From an uncultured Acidobacteriota bacterium (GTDB lineage Bacteria > Acidobacteriota > Vicinamibacteria > Vicinamibacterales > UBA2999), in the NCBI GenBank assembly GCA_963734635.1, contig CAVTIA010000014.1, positions 720,192 to 784,191 of the forward strand: a stretch of DNA of 64,000 nucleotides, in the 5' to 3' direction. Shown one piece after another: positions 48,700-58,535 of this stretch (the first letter of the stretch is position 1; the number at the start of each line of letters is the position of its first letter). Made by a program: the position numbers and the translations under genes. The notes beneath the pieces were generated by a model. The model did no database searches and was not told the DNA's origin. It was given only the letters and a program-made list of their open reading frames with translations.

Positions 48700-49704
48700 A
48701 TGCGAAGAATCCTGTGGGTCGTGACTGCGGCTGCGTGTGCAACGTTGTCGGTCAGCGTTGCATCACAACAGGCCGCCACAGGCATGTACCCCGACAAGCC
48801 GTGGGCGTTCCCGGCGCAGATCGAGAAACCGTTTCCCCCGGACGCCGCGCCCAAGACGGTGCCGGGGAGCTCGAAGAAATATACGGAAAAAGAAATCGAT
48901 GATCTGATGAACCCGCCGGATTGGTTCCCCGATCAGCATCCGACGCCGCCGCAGATCGTCATGAAAGGACGTGGCGGGGCGATGGCGTGCGGCGCATGCC
49001 ACCTGATGTCGGGGCTTGGCCATCCTGAATCGTCAGGCCTGACGGGCCTGTCGGCGCCCTACATCGTCCAACAGATGATCGATTTCAAGAACGGCACCCG
49101 GAAGGACGTCACCGGCAAGCGCATGAACGGAATCGCCATGGAAATGACCGACAAGGAAATCCAGGAGGCGGCCGAGTATTTCGCGGCGCTTCCGGTGCGC
49201 GCATTCCAGAAGGTCGTCGAGATGGACATGGTTCCGAAGACGTTCCTCGCCAACGGGCGCATGCGCTTCGTCGATCCGGGCGGCGCGATGGAGCCGATCG
49301 GGGCGCGAATCATCACCGTGCCGCAGGAGGTCGAGCGCGTGCGGCTGCGCGACCCGTACGTCGGGTTCCTGTCCTACGTGCCGACGGGCAGCCTCGCTCG
49401 CGGCAAGAACCTCGTCGAGACCGGCGGCGGCAAGACGATGAACTGCGCGCTCTGTCACGGCGCCGGATTGAAAGGGCAGGCGTCAATCCCGCGACTGGCC
49501 GGGATGCATCCGATTTACACGGCGCGCCAGCTTTACTGGTTCAAGGACGGAACTCGCAGTGGTCCCGACGCGGCGCTGATGAAGCCATGGGTGGCGTCGT
49601 TGAATGACGACGACATCGTCGCGATCTCGGCGTATCTGGCTTCGCTGCGAGCCGTAAAGGTCCGGCTAAAGCCGGACACTGATCGTTACGTAGGTCGTAG
49701 GTAG
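48700..49704 (+). CDS. dihaem c-type cytochrome, secreted (paralog of 5489..6595)
   Basis: ATG 48700 preceded by GGAGGTG; CGACH and CALCH. The 18 C-terminal codons after AYLASL are encoded by REP hairpins. Confidence 0.8.
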   Translation: MRRILWVVTAAACATLSVSVASQQAATGMYPDKPWAFPAQIEKPFPPDAAPKTVPGSSKKYTEKEIDDLMNPPDWFPDQHPTPPQIVMKGRGGAMACGACHLMSGLGHPESSGLTGLSAPYIVQQMIDFKNGTRKDVTGKRMNGIAMEMTDKEIQEAAEYFAALPVRAFQKVVEMDMVPKTFLANGRMRFVDPGGAMEPIGARIITVPQEVERVRLRDPYVGFLSYVPTGSLARGKNLVETGGGKTMNCALCHGAGLKGQASIPRLAGMHPIYTARQLYWFKDGTRSGPDAALMKPWVASLNDDDIVAISAYLASLRAVKVRLKPDTDRYVGRR

Positions 49705-49718
49705 TGTCCGGCCCGGAC
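49660..49718. repeat. REP-like hairpins (GTCCGGCTAAAGCCGGACACT ... GTAGTGTCCGGCCCGGAC)
   Basis: Same motif as 2456..2482 and 58497..58535. Confidence 0.7.
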
Positions 49719-49719
49719 G

Positions 49720-52131
49720 TTAGGTGCCCGCCCGCAGCCTCCCAAACGCAGGTGGCGGTACGCGACGCCGTGACGCCGCTTCGTACGCCGACGCAACTCT
49801 CAGGATTCGATCTTCGGCACCAGGTTCTGCTCTGAACACAAGCGAGAAGGGCAGTCCCGGTGCAGGCAGCATTGTCGGCGTGTTGTTGTTCGTCGCTACA
49901 TACCTTCGCTTATCCGGACTCAACGTGAACGTCGCGTCGTACACTTCGCGCACGTAGCCCGCCGGTATGAGCACCTCCGTCTCGCCAGCATACGGTCCCA
50001 TGCGGAGTTCGCCGCGAGTGTTCCCCGGTGGGCCCGGCTGCGGTGCGAGACCTATCTTTCCGGGTGGCAGCGACGTGTGGAGACGCACGACAACGTCCAG
50101 TCGGTTCTCCTGAATCACTTTCATGTCGACCCGTCGCAGGAGCTCGCGCAGCATGATTCGCTCGGCGACGCCGTCGCGTTCTCCGGGTGGACTGACGACG
50201 TTGTCGGACTCTTCCCAGTTCTTCCACCAGGCACGTTGTTCGTCGCTCCAGAACTTCGAGCGTGCGTTCAGCGTCGGCCAGTCGACGAGCGTTTCCTTGA
50301 AGCCTCGCGCCTGCCAGTCAGCCGCCCGACGTGAGAGGTATTGCACAACATGGAACCTGAATTGCCGTTCGGTTGCGAGCGTTTGGATAGTACGGATGTT
50401 CAGATTCTTTGGCGGCGAAATCCGTCCGTCGGCGAGCGCCACCATGTAATCGGCCGGTGCGAGCGTTCCTGATCCGAATACCTTGCCCGGCGCAAACTCC
50501 GTCGGTTTGATCATCGTTGCGACATCCGGAAAGACCGGTTGTCCCGCATTCGTCACCCGGAACAGCAGACTGGGAAAGAAGACGGGAACGAGCTCTGCCA
50601 AAGCGCGGGTATAGGTCGTCCGCATGTTTTCGACAGCCGGATCGTCGGGCCAGAGCGGATCGACGGATTCGACGAGGGTCGCGCCAAGGCGCGCACCCAG
50701 GACTTCTTTGATCTCGCGCGCCGCGGCCATGGCGATCGGCTCATCGGCCTTCACGTCCGGGAAGGTCAGCATCGACTCGCGGATGACCCCTATCCGGATC
50801 CCTTTCAGGGATCCTGCCGCGCCAGGCATCGCAGCATTCACCGCGTACGAGTCACCGAGCACACTCGTGCGTGGCACGGTGGTAAACACGTCGCGAGAGT
50901 CGTAGTAGCCGTCCTCCGGATCCTTCAATGCATCGAGGACCTTGGCCGCGTCCGTCACGCTGCGGCAATGAATTCCGGCCCGATCATTGTGAATGTCGGC
51001 GCCGATCGCGCCACCCAGGAACGACACCATCGATTTGTGGGGAAGTATCAACGCCACCGAATTGTGATTGGCGGGCCCGCGGCACGACATGCTCGTTTCC
51101 TCGCAGATGCTGCACATGACGAGGTTCGTGCTGACGGATGCACCAGAGCCCGAGCTGGAGCCGAGCGACGCGGCCCGGGTCGTGTCGTAGGAGTTGGCGA
51201 CATTGCCGCTCCAGCTGCTTCGCTGATATCCAAGGTCGGAGACCAGAATTTGATCCGGTTCATTTCGGCCGGGCGGCGCAGCGGGGATGCCGTTGTATTC
51301 CGTGTTCACCGCCTTTGCGTAGATGATGGCGCCCTTGTCACGCAGCTGGGCCACCAATGTGTGATCCCGAGCAGGGAAGTCGATGTCGTACCGGGCGTCG
51401 GCGGCAGCCGTCGTCCGCATATCTTTCGTGTCGTACGGATCCTTGAATGAGAACGGAATGCAGTAAAGCGGGAGTCTGGCGAGATCGGGCCGCGCACCAT
51501 ACTGTGCATCGAGCTCTGCAGCGCGTTCAAGCGCGTCTGGCTGCGCGCGGAACTCCTCGCAGACCGCGGGCGATCCGGTCGGTAACGGGCCGGCGGACCG
51601 GGCCCTGTCGCGATCGCCTTTGCACGTGACCGAGCGCTCGCCGCGAAGATTGAGGGTGCCGAGGGCATTGACCTGTCCAGAGTTCGGAGTTCCCACTGTC
51701 ATGCCGTACTGCTGCTGTACCTCCGGGTCCGAGGCCGTTGCTTCCATCCGGCCAAGTTCGATGGGCGGACCGGTGTACTCGTCGTAATTCGGCAAGAGCG
51801 ACGACACAGCGACTGTTTCGGTGGGAAACCTGAGCGGCGATCCCGCCCTCACGGTGCCTCGAGCGGAAGCGACCGGAGCGCCGTCCCGAGTCACGAGCCG
51901 GTCGCTCGTACCGTTGTAGGCTTTCGCGCGCTCGATGTAGGTCGCGACGAGTGCGCGGCACGTGATCTGTCCGCTTTGGATCGCCTGATGTACATCCGAG
52001 ATCGTGGTCTCCATGATCTCGAAACCACCTGGCTGTGACTGCGCACCCTGGGACTGCACCAGCAGACTGGCGAGCGCGACGCCGAAGAGTATCAGCGGGA
52101 CGATGAACAGCGCTCGTTTGCCGATCGACAT
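49720..52131 (-). CDS. large secreted amidase-signature-family protein
   Basis: 803 aa with signal peptide; [15 protein letters not shown] resembles the GGSSGG amidase-signature core. Confidence 0.65.
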   Translation of the reverse strand: MSIGKRALFIVPLILFGVALASLLVQSQGAQSQPGGFEIMETTISDVHQAIQSGQITCRALVATYIERAKAYNGTSDRLVTRDGAPVASARGTVRAGSPLRFPTETVAVSSLLPNYDEYTGPPIELGRMEATASDPEVQQQYGMTVGTPNSGQVNALGTLNLRGERSVTCKGDRDRARSAGPLPTGSPAVCEEFRAQPDALERAAELDAQYGARPDLARLPLYCIPFSFKDPYDTKDMRTTAAADARYDIDFPARDHTLVAQLRDKGAIIYAKAVNTEYNGIPAAPPGRNEPDQILVSDLGYQRSSWSGNVANSYDTTRAASLGSSSGSGASVSTNLVMCSICEETSMSCRGPANHNSVALILPHKSMVSFLGGAIGADIHNDRAGIHCRSVTDAAKVLDALKDPEDGYYDSRDVFTTVPRTSVLGDSYAVNAAMPGAAGSLKGIRIGVIRESMLTFPDVKADEPIAMAAAREIKEVLGARLGATLVESVDPLWPDDPAVENMRTTYTRALAELVPVFFPSLLFRVTNAGQPVFPDVATMIKPTEFAPGKVFGSGTLAPADYMVALADGRISPPKNLNIRTIQTLATERQFRFHVVQYLSRRAADWQARGFKETLVDWPTLNARSKFWSDEQRAWWKNWEESDNVVSPPGERDGVAERIMLRELLRRVDMKVIQENRLDVVVRLHTSLPPGKIGLAPQPGPPGNTRGELRMGPYAGETEVLIPAGYVREVYDATFTLSPDKRRYVATNNNTPTMLPAPGLPFSLVFRAEPGAEDRILRVASAYEAASRRRVPPPAFGRLRAGT

Positions 52132-52239
52132 GAAAACCTCCTGCCCAGAAACACATCAGGCGGGGGGCGCTTCATCTTTACGCCTCCCCGCCTGAACGAC
52201 TCGATCGCGCGGACGATCCGAAAACCCGAACGATTCAGC

Positions 52240-53163
52240 TCATTTCGTCTCGTTGTAGATCGTCTGCGCGTCCGCGCGAATGCGCGCCGGCTGCGCCATG
52301 TACCCGGTTGGTGGCTTCCAGCTGTTCGCGAAGTCATCCACCGATTTACCCGCCTTCTTGGCCTCCTGAACAGCCGTTACGTAACCGCGAATGAACTGGA
52401 TGTAGTTCTTGAGATCGGCGTTCGTGCTAGGCGCGTTGCTATGACCGTTCACGATCACGTCGGCGTTCTTCTCCGTGAAGGCCAATGCCTTCGTCAGTGT
52501 GTCCGCATAGCCCGTGCCGGTGCCGCCGTTGTTCGAGTCCATGATCGGCAGCTCGTTCCCTGGGAATACGTCCGCGATGTGGAATATGCGATGCGCGGGG
52601 AAGAACACCATGGCATCACCATTGGTGTGGGCACGGCCGAAATACATGAGATCGATCTGCTCGGCGCCGCTGCCAATCGTCATCTTGTCGGTGAACGTCC
52701 GCTTGGCCAGCCCCTTGCCGTTGTTCTCTTTGAAGATGTTGCGCGGATTCGGGTTTGGCGCTGCCGACGAGTTCGGCCGCATCTCTTTCATGTTGGCGGC
52801 GGTGTTCGCGTGCGTGACGATGTCCACTTCAGCCGGGAACTCAACATTGCCGCTCACGTGATCGCCGTGCGTGTGCGTGTTGACGATCATCATCACCGGC
52901 CGGTTGCTCACCTTTTTGATCGCGTCGAGCAGCGGCTGCCCCCATCCGGGATTCTTCGTGTCGACGACGATCACGCCTTTGGCGGTTATGAAGACGGAGC
53001 TGTTCCCGCCGCCACCCTTCATGACGAACAGGTTGTCTTTCAGCTTGTCGATTTCAACGACCATCGGCGCTTGCTGTCCGGCCGGTGGCTGCTGCATCGC
53101 GGCGGCCGTCAGCGTCAGACTACCCAGGGCCACGAGCGTGCCCAGTACGATCCGCCTTCTCAT
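52240..53163 (-). CDS. secreted MBL-fold metallohydrolase
   Basis: ATG 53163 preceded by GAGGAGG; VIVVDTKNPGWG...IVNTHTHGDHVSGN. Confidence 0.8.
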   Translation of the reverse strand: MRRRIVLGTLVALGSLTLTAAAMQQPPAGQQAPMVVEIDKLKDNLFVMKGGGGNSSVFITAKGVIVVDTKNPGWGQPLLDAIKKVSNRPVMMIVNTHTHGDHVSGNVEFPAEVDIVTHANTAANMKEMRPNSSAAPNPNPRNIFKENNGKGLAKRTFTDKMTIGSGAEQIDLMYFGRAHTNGDAMVFFPAHRIFHIADVFPGNELPIMDSNNGGTGTGYADTLTKALAFTEKNADVIVNGHSNAPSTNADLKNYIQFIRGYVTAVQEAKKAGKSVDDFANSWKPPTGYMAQPARIRADAQTIYNETK

Positions 53164-53204
53164 GGAAGCCTCCTCAGCAGTGAACATCATAGGCCCACTG
53201 CTCA

Positions 53205-53263
53205 GAAAGTGGAAAGTGCAAAGTACAAACTTTTCAATTTGCACTTTGCACCTTGTACTTCTC
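53205..53263. repeat. GCAAAGT word-repeat palindrome
   Basis: GAAAGTGGAAAGTGCAAAGTACAAACTTTTCAATTTGCACTTTGCACCTTGTACTTCTC; the arms are self-complementary. Confidence 0.6.
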
Positions 53264-53275
53264 TTCGTTACTTCG

Positions 53276-56185
53276 CTAGAAAGTGAACCTGAACCCGAAC
53301 TGCATCGTGCGGTACTCTCCGGCCGTCGGCAGCAAGTAGTTTTGGATCAGGCTCTCTTGCAAGCCGAGCGTATAGTTGGTCCGGTTGAACAGGTTGAAGA
53401 CCTCCGCGATGGCGGTGAGCGACATCGTCCCAGGCAGCGGAACCCGCTGCCGCAGGCTCAGAGAGGTCCGATTCTCTTTCGGGCCGAGCTCCGCGTTGCG
53501 CGGCACGATCGTCCCATTCGGTCGCAGGCGGGCGCTGCCGCCGCCGAAGGCGCGCACATCCCCCCCGTAGCTCGTGGCGAGCCGGTTGCCGGCGCCGAAG
53601 TAGTGCAGGCCGCTCACCTGGAAGCCGAAGCCGACCTGCCAGATGCCGCTGAGCACCAGGCGATGACGCCGATCATCCTGCGAGAACCCCCATTCGCCGC
53701 CGAGATCCGGCTGCGTCTCGAACGCGACCGGACTGAGGCCCTGGAACGGGTAGGAGTCGGAGTTCCAGAGTCCCGACAGCGTATACGTCGCCGACGCCTG
53801 CCAGTTGTTGCTCATTCGCTTGCTGAAAGCGGTCTGGAGCCCGTGGTAGGAGGACTCGCCCGTGTGGACGCTCATCGAGGTGTTGCCCCATCGGGGATCG
53901 ACTCGGCGGGCGCGGTCAGCCGCGGGGTAGTTGGCGCCGGTGGCCGGGTTGAAGGTCAGGTTGACGTTGTCGATGACGTCCTTTTCGTCCCGCCCTTGGG
54001 TATACACGTAGTCGGCCTCGACGGCCATCGTGCCGCCAAACTGCCTCTGCATACCGATTGTGGTCTGCCATGTTCGCGGCACGTGGATGAACTCGAACGG
54101 TCCGCGGAACTCTTGGAGCGCACGCGTCAGGCAGGGCGCCGCGCCGGCGAAGCCGCGGGCCTGCCATGCCGCGAAATTCGCAGCCTGTGCAGGCGAGTCA
54201 CAGAACGTGGTCAGCGCCTGCTCGTAAGTGGGCAGCCCCTGCCCGTTCGTCGGGTCGAGCGCAAAGTTGGCGCGGCCATCGTTCAAATATTCGATGTTGG
54301 CAATCTGGGCGTTGCCGGTGGCAAACGAGAAATCCGCGCCGATCGCGTCGCCATAGTACAACCCCGACCCGCCGCGGATGACCGTACGCTCGTTCAGTTG
54401 AAACGCGAAGCCGACCCTGGGCTGGATGTTATTGAGATCCTCCGGCATTCCGGCAGACTGCCACGGTGCCACTTCGACGTCGTTGGCGAAGCTGTGGAGC
54501 GAGGCGTCCCACCGCAGGCCGAGATTCAACGTCAGCCGGTCCGAGATTCTCCAGTCGTCCTGCGCCCACGCGCCCGTTTTGTACGAATCGAGCAGCACAT
54601 TGAAGTCGCCGATGCCGATGGTGTATCTCACCACGAGTGGCGAAATGGCTGCGAGATTCCACGTGTCGGCGTTGAACGGGTCGGGGAACCACGCTGTCAG
54701 CTGCGCGGCCGTTGGCAGCGGCCCTCCGCGGGCGTCGATGATGCCCATGCAGTTCCGGCAGTTCGCCTGTATCTGATGGCGCTTCAGGAACTCTGCGCCC
54801 GCGCGCAGATCGTGACGGCCGCGTGCTTCATACGAGAAGGTGAAATCGTCGCGGAAGGTCCAGACCGTCTGGTCCTGGTGCCGGGGATGGTTCGCGTTGC
54901 CGGTGACGTTGAATCCGGTGAACGAAATGCGCGGCGACCCCGTGGTGATGCCGTTCGCCTTCTGCCAATGGTTCGACCAGGTTGTCGGATTGGCATTGGC
55001 CAGGTTGAAGAACGCATAACCGACCTTCGCCTCGTTCACAGCACGATTCGAGATCACGTGCGTCAGCTGACCCATGCCTTCGTTGTTGTGCTCGACGGTC
55101 GTATTCGTGGCCGCCGGGCTGTTGTTCGCCGCAGGCAAGCCGAACGGCTCAAAGAACCGTCCCCAGGTGCCTTTGCCCATCAGCCGGATCTCGTTCGAGA
55201 GCTGGTAGTCGCCACGAACGTTGGTCAGCTTGATCGTCCTGTCGCCGTGCAATTCCTTGTTGAAGACGGGGAACGGCGTATTCCAGATGCTGCTGCGTGG
55301 CTCGCGCTCGTACTCGAAGTTGCCGAAATAATGCAGCTTGTCTCTGACAATCGGGCCGCCGGCGGCGGCACTGAATTGCTGGTTGTTTATTGGGACGACG
55401 CGCTTGAGAACCGGCTCGTCGGCGTTGAGGCGGTTGTGGCGGAAGTTGGTGCGGAACAGTCCCGAAAGCTGATTCGTGCCGGACTTCGTGATCACGTTGA
55501 CCTGTACGCCAGACGTTCGCCCCTGAGTCGCGTCGAAGCGATTCGTCAGGTACTGGAACTCGGCGATCGCGTCCTGGCTGTAGCGCGGCTGGTTGCCGGT
55601 GCCGATTTCATTCGACACCTGCTGTCCGTCCATGTTGAGCTGGAACTCACGCGCCTCGCCGCCGTTCCGGTCGGGTAGGGGTGTCACCGCGTTGCTGGAG
55701 CTCGTGCGGCTGCCCGGCGCCAGCATTGCGAGCGCGAGCCAGTTCCTTCCGTTCGCCGGCAGCTCCTGCACCTGCGTTGGATCGATGTTGCCCCCAAGGC
55801 TCGACGTCGTCACGTTGAGCAGCGGCGCGTCCGCCGTTACGGTGATCGTCTCCTGCACCGTGGACGGCTTAAGCTCGGCGTTGATGGACGCCGTCTGGCC
55901 CACGAGCACCTGCACGCCCGTCTGCGTCACGATGGTGAAGCCCGAGAGCTCCATCGTGATGCGGTAGGCCCCGACACGCACCGGGATGCGGTAGATACCC
56001 AGGGCATCCGTGACGGCCGTAAAGGTGTTGCCGGTCGCGTCGTTGACAGCGGTCACGGTTACGCCGGGCAGTACACCTCCCGTCGCGTCAGTAACAGTAC
56101 CCGTCAGTGTGGCTTCCTGCGCGAATGCCATCACCGGAAGTGCGAGAAGAATGCCGACGATCAGGAACCGCCTTACACACTTCAT
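53276..56185 (-). CDS. TonB-dependent outer-membrane receptor with N-terminal CarboxypepD_reg-like domain
   Basis: Signal peptide, GTVTDATGGVLPGVTVTAVNDATGNTF...GIYRIP, plug-like region, and a long beta-barrel ending ...MQFGFRFTF. Confidence 0.85.
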   Translation of the reverse strand: MKCVRRFLIVGILLALPVMAFAQEATLTGTVTDATGGVLPGVTVTAVNDATGNTFTAVTDALGIYRIPVRVGAYRITMELSGFTIVTQTGVQVLVGQTASINAELKPSTVQETITVTADAPLLNVTTSSLGGNIDPTQVQELPANGRNWLALAMLAPGSRTSSSNAVTPLPDRNGGEAREFQLNMDGQQVSNEIGTGNQPRYSQDAIAEFQYLTNRFDATQGRTSGVQVNVITKSGTNQLSGLFRTNFRHNRLNADEPVLKRVVPINNQQFSAAAGGPIVRDKLHYFGNFEYEREPRSSIWNTPFPVFNKELHGDRTIKLTNVRGDYQLSNEIRLMGKGTWGRFFEPFGLPAANNSPAATNTTVEHNNEGMGQLTHVISNRAVNEAKVGYAFFNLANANPTTWSNHWQKANGITTGSPRISFTGFNVTGNANHPRHQDQTVWTFRDDFTFSYEARGRHDLRAGAEFLKRHQIQANCRNCMGIIDARGGPLPTAAQLTAWFPDPFNADTWNLAAISPLVVRYTIGIGDFNVLLDSYKTGAWAQDDWRISDRLTLNLGLRWDASLHSFANDVEVAPWQSAGMPEDLNNIQPRVGFAFQLNERTVIRGGSGLYYGDAIGADFSFATGNAQIANIEYLNDGRANFALDPTNGQGLPTYEQALTTFCDSPAQAANFAAWQARGFAGAAPCLTRALQEFRGPFEFIHVPRTWQTTIGMQRQFGGTMAVEADYVYTQGRDEKDVIDNVNLTFNPATGANYPAADRARRVDPRWGNTSMSVHTGESSYHGLQTAFSKRMSNNWQASATYTLSGLWNSDSYPFQGLSPVAFETQPDLGGEWGFSQDDRRHRLVLSGIWQVGFGFQVSGLHYFGAGNRLATSYGGDVRAFGGGSARLRPNGTIVPRNAELGPKENRTSLSLRQRVPLPGTMSLTAIAEVFNLFNRTNYTLGLQESLIQNYLLPTAGEYRTMQFGFRFTF

Positions 56186-56214
56186 TCGAGCCCTCCTCAG
56201 GGGTCATTTCCGTT

Positions 56215-57288
56215 TTACGACGATGTGATACGAAGCAGCTTGATCAAGTTCCCGCCAAGAATCGCTTCCTTGTCCGCATTGCTCAGCCAGGACGCATTGA
56301 GGACGAGATCCACGGTGACCGGCCAGTTCAGCGGGTTGTCCGTGCCGTAGACGATCTGGCTCACGCCCAGCTCGTTCACGAGGTGCTTCAGCCCCTCGTC
56401 CGAGAAGACCATCGTGTCGACAAGGATCTGCGATCGCAGATACTCCCTCGGCTTCTTTTTGTTGGCACAGTTGGCGTTGTTCCGAACCTCGCACGCCACG
56501 TCGGTGCGCATGACATACGACGGCAGGTATCCGCCGGCGTGCGCTGCACCCACCTTGAGGTTGGGATGCCGGTCGAAGACGCCGTCGAAGATCAGCCGCG
56601 TCAGGAAATACGTCGTCTCGAGCGGGTTGCCGATGATGTTGCCGAGATCGCCGCGACCCTCAAGGGCGTCTTCCTTGATGATGTTCTCGGCGCCGCCCGG
56701 GTGCATAAACACTACGACACCGAGCTCCGCGGCTTTGGCCCAGAACGGATCGAACTTGGGCAGTGAGAGATCCTCGCCGTTCACGTGACCGCCGATTGCT
56801 GCGGCACGCAAACCGAGACGCTTGACACCGTCCTCGAGCTGCTGTGCAGCCAGATCGGGGAACTGCAGCGACGACGACGCCATCGCGACGAAGCGATCCG
56901 GATACTGCGCCACGAATTTCGAGAGGCCCTCGTTCTGCGCTCGAACGATGCGATTGGCCAGGTCGCGATCCTTGACCTCCCACCACCAGAAGCCGTTGAT
57001 GCTGAGCACCTGGACGTCGATGCCCTGTTTGTCGATGAGTGCGATGCGGTCGGGACCGAGCGGACGCCCGCCACCCTGCTTGGCCCACTCCGTGCCCTTC
57101 ACAACAGGATCGACTTCGGGCACTGTCGCGTGGGCATGAATATCGACGACGCGCACGCGGCGGCCACCGATGCTCACCTGCCGGCGAGTCGCAGGTGCTT
57201 GTACTGCGGCAACGTCACCGCGCCCGAACGCGTACATCCCTGCCGCAGCTCCCGCAACGGTCTTGAAGAAATGTCTGCGATTGGACAT
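56215..57288 (-). CDS. Tat-exported amidohydrolase_2-family protein (copy 1 of 3)
   Basis: MSNRRHFFKTVAGAAAG twin-arginine signal; RVVDIHAH metal motif; colinear with the next two genes. Confidence 0.75.
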   Translation of the reverse strand: MSNRRHFFKTVAGAAAGMYAFGRGDVAAVQAPATRRQVSIGGRRVRVVDIHAHATVPEVDPVVKGTEWAKQGGGRPLGPDRIALIDKQGIDVQVLSINGFWWWEVKDRDLANRIVRAQNEGLSKFVAQYPDRFVAMASSSLQFPDLAAQQLEDGVKRLGLRAAAIGGHVNGEDLSLPKFDPFWAKAAELGVVVFMHPGGAENIIKEDALEGRGDLGNIIGNPLETTYFLTRLIFDGVFDRHPNLKVGAAHAGGYLPSYVMRTDVACEVRNNANCANKKKPREYLRSQILVDTMVFSDEGLKHLVNELGVSQIVYGTDNPLNWPVTVDLVLNASWLSNADKEAILGGNLIKLLRITSS

Positions 57289-57302
57289 ATGAGAACCTCG
57301 TT

Positions 57303-57372
57303 CTGGTCTTTAGTCTCTGGTCTCTGGTCTTTAGTGACCAAAGACGAAAGACCAAAGACGAAGACCAAAGAC
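57303..57372. repeat. GGTCTTTAG/GACCAAAGAC word-repeat palindrome
   Basis: CTGGTCTTTAGTCTCTGGTCTCTGGTCTTTAGT followed directly by GACCAAAGACGAAAGACCAAAGACGAAGACCAAAGAC. Confidence 0.65.
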
Positions 57373-57377
57373 ATTGT

Positions 57378-58445
57378 TTATGACGTAATCCGCAACAACT
57401 TCATGAGATTGCCGCCGAGAATCTGTTCCTTCTCCGCGTTGGTGAGTGTCTTGTCGTTGATCACGTAATCAACATTGACCGGCCATCCGAACGGGATGTC
57501 GGTGCCAAAGACGATTTGGCCGGTACCCATCTCGGCAACCAGATGCCGCAGGCCGTCCTCGGTGAACACCATCGTGTCGGCGAGAATCTGCGACCGCATG
57601 TACTCGCTCGGTTTCTTCTTGATGATGCACTTCTGGTTCGGCCGCCCGCACGCGACTTCCGTTCGTCCGAGGTACGACGGCAAGTAACCGCCCCCGTGCG
57701 CGCCGCACACGCGCAACGCGGGAAACTTGTCGAACGTGCCGTCGAAGATCAACCGCGACAGGAAGACCGTCGTTTCGAGTGGGTTGCCGACGATGTTCCC
57801 CAGGCCGCCGGCTCCGGCAAGCGCGCCGTCCTTGAGGAGATTCTCGGAGCCGTTCGGATGCATGAAGACGAGCTGCCCCATCTCGGCGGCCTTCGCCCAG
57901 AACGGATCGAACTTCGGCAGCGACAGGCTCTCGCCGTTGACGTGGCCGCCAACGGTCACGCCACGCGCGCCGTACTTCGTCACCGCCTCTTGCAGCATCT
58001 CCGCGGCAAGATCGGGAAACTGCAGCGGAATGGATGCCATGCCGACGATCCGGTCGGGATGCATCCGGTTCCATTTCGCGAGCGTCTCGTTGTGATAGCT
58101 GCAGATGGCGCGCGCCAGGCCGCGATCCTTCGCTTCCCACCACCAGAAGTCGTTGACGCTGACCGCTGCAATGTCGATCCCCAGCTTGTCGAGGACCGGG
58201 ATGCGGTCGTCGAGACTCGGCCCTTTCATGTACTCCTCGAAGGGAGTCCCTTTGACAATTTCGGCCGGGATCGGCATGTCCCAGTGGTTGTGCACGTCGA
58301 TCACGCGCACGCGACGACCGCCGATCGTGATCTGACGGCGCGCGGGCGCCTGCATTGCGGATGTGCGCGTGAAGCCGCGTCCCGCGGCGTACATCGCCAC
58401 AGTCGCGCCCGCGATCGTCTTGCAGAACTGTCTGCGATTTGGCAT
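57378..58445 (-). CDS. Tat-exported amidohydrolase_2-family protein (copy 2 of 3)
   Basis: ATG 58445 gives MPNRRQFCKTIAGATVA; RVIDVHNH. The 20 extra N-terminal codons in the track ORF (YVVSAFRRT) are REP-encoded. Confidence 0.75.
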   Translation of the reverse strand: MPNRRQFCKTIAGATVAMYAAGRGFTRTSAMQAPARRQITIGGRRVRVIDVHNHWDMPIPAEIVKGTPFEEYMKGPSLDDRIPVLDKLGIDIAAVSVNDFWWWEAKDRGLARAICSYHNETLAKWNRMHPDRIVGMASIPLQFPDLAAEMLQEAVTKYGARGVTVGGHVNGESLSLPKFDPFWAKAAEMGQLVFMHPNGSENLLKDGALAGAGGLGNIVGNPLETTVFLSRLIFDGTFDKFPALRVCGAHGGGYLPSYLGRTEVACGRPNQKCIIKKKPSEYMRSQILADTMVFTEDGLRHLVAEMGTGQIVFGTDIPFGWPVNVDYVINDKTLTNAEKEQILGGNLMKLLRITS

Positions 58446-58455
58446 ATCAGCTCCG

Positions 58456-58535
58456 GTCCGCCTGAAGGCGGACACTACGTACGTCGCGTAGGGCTTGGCG
58501 GACACTACGTACGTAGCGTCCGGCTTTAGCCGGAC
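58456..58535. repeat. REP-like hairpins (GTCCGCCTGAAGGCGGACACTACGTAC ... GGCGGACACTACGTACGTAGCGTCCGGCTTTAGCCGGAC)
   Basis: Same family as 2421..2482 and 49660..49718. Confidence 0.7.

Noticed and set aside
52871-55678. 935-aa ORF on the plus strand
   Set aside because: It is the antisense shadow of the TonB-dependent receptor gene (53276..56185). Its R/A/G/V-rich low-complexity translation has no motifs, whereas the minus-strand product has clear receptor features. Long antisense ORFs are expected at this GC content.
58446-58505. N-terminal extension MSAKPYATYVVSAFRRTGAD of the second amidohydrolase_2 gene
   Set aside because: It is encoded by REP hairpins. The paralogs start directly at M-[SP]-N-R-R, and ATG 58445 reproduces that start.
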